From IMG/VR virus record IMGVR_UViG_3300042342_001499: 64,000 nt of DNA; one strand, given 5' to 3'. This DNA comes from an uncultured virus (IMG/VR IMGVR_UViG_3300042342_001499) (taxonomy: Duplodnaviria; Heunggongvirae; Uroviricota; Caudoviricetes). Shown one piece after another: positions 60,032-64,000 of this stretch. The notes below the pieces were generated by a model. It did no database searches. It was given only the letters and a program-made list of their open reading frames with translations, and was not told the origin of the DNA. Position numbers and translations under genes: made by a program. The first letter of the stretch is position 1. Each line of letters begins with the position of its first letter.

Positions 60032-60244
60032 ATGGATCTAAAAAAAGAATACATAAAAATAATCTCAGAAAGAGTATCACTAAAAGAAGATGATTTTAGC
60101 CATACAGAGAAAGAAATAGTAAATCTAGGGTTTGATATGGTCAAAGAGAAGATAGACGAAATACGAGAGCTTAACGAGGAGATAATAAGGCTTAAAATAG
60201 AAATATCAAATCTTAAAGCTTATGCAGACGATAAAGATTATTAA
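60032..60244 (+). CDS. Hypothetical coiled-coil protein
   Basis: ORF track. Confidence 0.5.
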   Translation: MDLKKEYIKIISERVSLKEDDFSHTEKEIVNLGFDMVKEKIDEIRELNEEIIRLKIEISNLKAYADDKDY

Positions 60245-60877
60245 TTACTTACCAGTAAATCTACTGATCATTCCATACCCTTTAGTAACATTAGGCATTT
60301 CTTTCCTTAAATTTTCACATTTATCTTTCAGACCCTGTGGAATAACTGGGGGTTTAGAATCCGTACTATCTTCGTCATGTCTTATAAAATAACTAGCAAT
60401 ATATTTTAATAGATTAATCATATCCGATTTGGTAACAAATTCGGATTTATATTCCATATTGGCCAATTCGTAATCGTTGACTTCGTCTTTATCTAAATAA
60501 TAAGCAGATTCAATATCAATGTTATTTAATACATATTCTCCTCCTTCTGGGGCATTCATATAATCTCCAGGATCATAAGGTAAATAATCACCGCTAAATA
60601 TGATCTCACACGTTAAACTAGGAGAATATTCAGCTTTTGCTACAGGGAAAGTAAATGACATTTCCAAACTTCCATCGCCATCTTGTTCATCGGGATCTGT
60701 TTCATTTGTTCCGTCATATTCAGTCTCAAATAATGGTTGTTTTTTATCATTCTCTAACATGTAAGAATAAACACCAAGAAAACATAATTCTTCCGGTTCT
60801 AACTTATCAATCCAAAATTTAGCTTCTGGCCATAAGTACTTAGAATCAAAATTTTCAAATAATTTTATGTTTTTCAC
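60245..60877 (-). CDS. Hypothetical acidic protein with MKNIKLFENF motif (GTG start)
   Basis: ORF; shared N-terminal motif. Confidence 0.6.
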   Translation of the reverse strand: MKNIKLFENFDSKYLWPEAKFWIDKLEPEELCFLGVYSYMLENDKKQPLFETEYDGTNETDPDEQDGDGSLEMSFTFPVAKAEYSPSLTCEIIFSGDYLPYDPGDYMNAPEGGEYVLNNIDIESAYYLDKDEVNDYELANMEYKSEFVTKSDMINLLKYIASYFIRHDEDSTDSKPPVIPQGLKDKCENLRKEMPNVTKGYGMISRFTGK

Positions 60878-60894
60878 TATTTATATATCGTGTA

Positions 60895-61335
60895 TTATTT
60901 GTGCTTTCCTGATTTAAAATTTTCAATCACATCTCCCACTTTATATTTTACGTCGGAATAAAAAAGAATCCCACATTCAGTAATATAAGCATAAGGTGGA
61001 TTATCTCTTCTTTCTATAATAGCCTCATTTACTACACAATCAAAGTGCTTTTCGTCAGTGGCTATATAATAATCATCATCTATTTCTAATTGATCATTGG
61101 AAGAACTCTGTCCTTTGTGTATTGGATTAGAACAGTTCCCTTTGTGTGATCCCCAAGAAAAGTTCCCGTGTCCAACTTTAACGTATTCGCATCCATCTAG
61201 AGTGTAAATGGCATAGTTAGTAACTTCTATAACATTGGGCTTATTTAATTTCTCTTCGGGACTAGTATTACAAGAATTAAGAGACATTAAAACAACAGGG
61301 ATAATAAATAATATAGGAAAGATATTTCTATTCAT
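60895..61335 (-). CDS. Lipoprotein
   Basis: Lipobox LNSC; HKGNCSNPIH. Confidence 0.6.
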   Translation of the reverse strand: MNRNIFPILFIIPVVLMSLNSCNTSPEEKLNKPNVIEVTNYAIYTLDGCEYVKVGHGNFSWGSHKGNCSNPIHKGQSSSNDQLEIDDDYYIATDEKHFDCVVNEAIIERRDNPPYAYITECGILFYSDVKYKVGDVIENFKSGKHK

Positions 61336-61370
61336 TTTTTTTATTTTACGTAAATCTATAGAATATTCGG

Positions 61371-61574
61371 TTAAGAAAAAAATGATTCCTTAGAAAATAC
61401 CCTATTATATAAAAATAAGTAGGTATAAATAAAAATTAGACTCAAAGGCCAAAATAAACATCCTATTAATAATACCAATGGTCTTTTTATTTTTTGGTTA
61501 AATATAGATATCAACCACACAATAATACCAGAAGATAACATAAGTGTCATAAAAATAACAAACAATGTATACAT
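61371..61574 (-). CDS. Small two-TM protein
   Basis: Hydrophobic ORF. Confidence 0.45.
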   Translation of the reverse strand: MYTLFVIFMTLMLSSGIIVWLISIFNQKIKRPLVLLIGCLFWPLSLIFIYTYLFLYNRVFSKESFFS

Positions 61575-61584
61575 ACGGATTAAA

Positions 61585-63210
61585 TTAAATAAATTCTAAA
61601 TCATCAAATGATCTAAGATAGTTCATTTCCCAGACTTGTGATTCTTTCACTTTTTTCTTTTTGTTATTTTTGTCTTTCGATCCTGTTTCGGATTTAGATT
61701 TATCTGCAGCAGTTTTTATCAACTCAACCTCTTTCTTTGATAATTCTTTTATCTTGTCGACATTGAATACAGGCTTGCCCTTTTTTTCTTCCTTGTGATC
61801 GTGTTTCTTTCCTGTATGCAATTCGTGCATATACTCGTCCATTATTTTTTTATTCTTGTCATATGATGCAAGCTGATTCTTAAACCAATTTTTAACATTG
61901 TCTACCATTGGTTGTATATACTTTTTAATAACTTTGGCTGCGCAATCAGTCATAGGTTTAACAACTGTTGATAATCCCTTAGCTAGTAATCCGCCTAAAC
62001 CTCCTTTTGCTCCTTTTTGGAATTTAGAAATTGAATCCGATATTTTAGCAGGAATGTTAATTAGTGCATCTATCCCTTTTGTTATCCCGCTACCAACTTC
62101 TAACAAAGACTTAAATAACCATGTAAACATTGAACTTAATATTGCAGGGGCTACAGTAGCAAAAACTGTTGTTGCAACTTTACCCATTCCCTCTGCTGCT
62201 GCGTGGGATAATGATATGCCAGCTTTTTTTAAAGCATGCATTCCTAAATCCTCAATTCCTTTTTCTATAGCTGCTCCCGGTGCTTTTAAAAATCCTTTCA
62301 GTGTCATTTTAGCGGAAGTGTTAGTTGCAACTGCTCTTGCGCCAGCACTAGGATCAACTAATCCTCCTGCTCCTGTTATAACATCATTTATTCCCAATAG
62401 AAGTAACAAAGTACCAACCAAACCCTCAGGAAGAGCCGTAGCTAAAGCAGTATAAAATTTCTGCTCCGGACTAATACCGCCTTTACCAAATGCTTTAATT
62501 GCACCGTCGTATTTGTGCCATCCCTCATATAGGTGAATACCTCCAGAAATCATCTGACATAGACCGCCAATTGGTATAAGTAATGCTCCAAGACCAGTTG
62601 CAGATGCACCAGCTCCAGCTATACCAAGAACTGCAGAAAGTATACTAAATACTAGTGCGGCCCATTCTAAGAATGTCATTCCTTGTACGAATTTTACTAC
62701 TGCATTTCCGCAAGATTTTAAAAAGCTCCAAGCTTTCTCTGCTCCGTAAGATATTGCTTTACCTGCTGATTTTATAATCTTTTCGCCTTTATCCCAGGCA
62801 TTACCTGCTGATTTTTTTAAATTTCCCCAAGCTTTATGGATATCATCCATGGTAAGCCATTCGTTTATTTTATTGAATGTTATCTTCTCTATTAAAAATC
62901 CTTCCCCGTCTTTAATAACAAGTGCATGTGTACCACAATCTAAATAATCAGAATTACCAATCCCAGCTCCTTCAAACCAATGTGATTTTGCTTCGTAAAG
63001 CATAGAGCATTCATAAAAAGCAAAAGAATTCTCTAAAAGAGACTCGTCAATATATCCCTCACTTTCTAAAAGAAAGTCGGAGAAGTAATTTTTAAATTCT
63101 TGAAATGAATATTTTGCTTGTGATTTATTTTCTTGTAAAGAAAAAAGGTCGTCATAGTCTATCCCCATATTTCTTAAGTGAAAAGACTGAAAAGATTCTA
63201 TATAACTCAT
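61585..63210 (-). CDS. Large Gly/Ala-rich protein with hydrophobic helices, possibly virion-ejected
   Basis: Repeated LxE sites near the N-terminus; central hydrophobic hairpins. Confidence 0.6.
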   Translation of the reverse strand: MSYIESFQSFHLRNMGIDYDDLFSLQENKSQAKYSFQEFKNYFSDFLLESEGYIDESLLENSFAFYECSMLYEAKSHWFEGAGIGNSDYLDCGTHALVIKDGEGFLIEKITFNKINEWLTMDDIHKAWGNLKKSAGNAWDKGEKIIKSAGKAISYGAEKAWSFLKSCGNAVVKFVQGMTFLEWAALVFSILSAVLGIAGAGASATGLGALLIPIGGLCQMISGGIHLYEGWHKYDGAIKAFGKGGISPEQKFYTALATALPEGLVGTLLLLLGINDVITGAGGLVDPSAGARAVATNTSAKMTLKGFLKAPGAAIEKGIEDLGMHALKKAGISLSHAAAEGMGKVATTVFATVAPAILSSMFTWLFKSLLEVGSGITKGIDALINIPAKISDSISKFQKGAKGGLGGLLAKGLSTVVKPMTDCAAKVIKKYIQPMVDNVKNWFKNQLASYDKNKKIMDEYMHELHTGKKHDHKEEKKGKPVFNVDKIKELSKKEVELIKTAADKSKSETGSKDKNNKKKKVKESQVWEMNYLRSFDDLEFI

Positions 63211-63252
63211 AATTTTGTAAATAATATAAACTATATATCCAATTTAAAAATA

Positions 63253-64000
63253 TTATCCAAGATAAGATTTTAGTAATTTGCTTCTTGTAGAAACCCTGAG
63301 CTTCTTAATGCTCTTCTCTTTTATCTGTCTTGCACGTTCTCTAGAGATCTCTAATTTGTTTCCAATCTCATCTAAAGATATTGGACATATATGATCTATT
63401 CCATAGAACATTTTAATTACATCTTTAGAACGGGGATCTAGTGTGCTAAGGCTCCTTTCTATTTCAATTTTTAATGATTCCTGTATTAACATTCTGTCTG
63501 CTAAAGGAGAATCATTATTAACCAATACTTCAAGCATAGACGAAGAATCTTCGTTACCGCCTAAAGGTGCATCAATAGATGAAGATTTTAATGATGCGGT
63601 AATAGTCTCGGAAACTTTACATTCTAATATATTTAATGCAGCAGAAATCTCTTCGTGTGTAGGCATTCTTTCTAAATCCTGTTCCAATTTACATACTACC
63701 TTATTTATTTTTCCTAATACACCTACTTGGTTCAGCGGCATTCTTATTATTCTTGATTTTTCAGAAAGAGCTTCTAGTATAGATTGTCTGATCCACCAAA
63801 CAGCATATGAAATAAATTTGAATCCCCTAGTTTCGTCGAATTTTTTAGCAGCTTTTATTAAACCCACATTACCCTCGTTTATAATATCTATTAAAGGTAA
63901 TCCCTGATTCTGATATTGTTTAGCAACAGATACGACAAATCTTAAATTTGCTTTAGTTAGCTTCTGTAAAGCATCTTGGTCTCCATTCCTAATTTTTCTT
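63253..64000 (-). CDS. RpoD-like sigma70 factor (5' end outside the window)
   Basis: Frame stays open upstream of the ORF-track start: ANLRFVVSVAKQYQNQG...FDETRGFKFISYAVWWIRQSIL, Bacteroidota primary-sigma-like. Confidence 0.93.
   Translation of the reverse strand, partial: RKIRNGDQDALQKLTKANLRFVVSVAKQYQNQGLPLIDIINEGNVGLIKAAKKFDETRGFKFISYAVWWIRQSILEALSEKSRIIRMPLNQVGVLGKINKVVCKLEQDLERMPTHEEISAALNILECKVSETITASLKSSSIDAPLGGNEDSSSMLEVLVNNDSPLADRMLIQESLKIEIERSLSTLDPRSKDVIKMFYGIDHICPISLDEIGNKLEISRERARQIKEKSIKKLRVSTRSKLLKSYLG

Noticed and set aside
61898..63907. Plus-strand ORFs of 185 and 154 aa
   Set aside because: Antisense shadows of the 61585 gene and the sigma factor.

Overview
AT-rich, gene-dense 64 kb segment of a very large (jumbo-type, T4-like) tailed phage read in the standard genetic code. 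The host is very likely Bacteroidota: TAnnTTTG promoters, a Bacteroidota-type RpoD and a T9SS sorting tail are present. The window holds a five-tRNA operon, a Ro60/TROVE gene preceded by three Y-RNA-like elements, and RNA-repair and phosphoesterase genes. It also encodes ThyA, a Dda-like helicase, ClpP, two sigma70 factors, polyamine enzymes, several cell-wall hydrolases and an 8.5 kb operon of exported proteins (cohesin/dockerin, CsgG-like, beta-barrel, lectin, nuclease). The strongest new observation is an unannotated 19-aa leader peptide (1792-1851, minus strand) upstream of the tRNA operon. Its codons (ATA, CCT/CCG, TCA/TCG/TCC, AGA) match the downstream tRNAs, and it sits in a complete 1:2 / 2:3 / 3:4 attenuator fold. 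This looks like a ribosome-stalling switch that turns on phage tRNAs when those codons become hard to decode. All protein family calls come from motif recognition by eye; no database searches were run.
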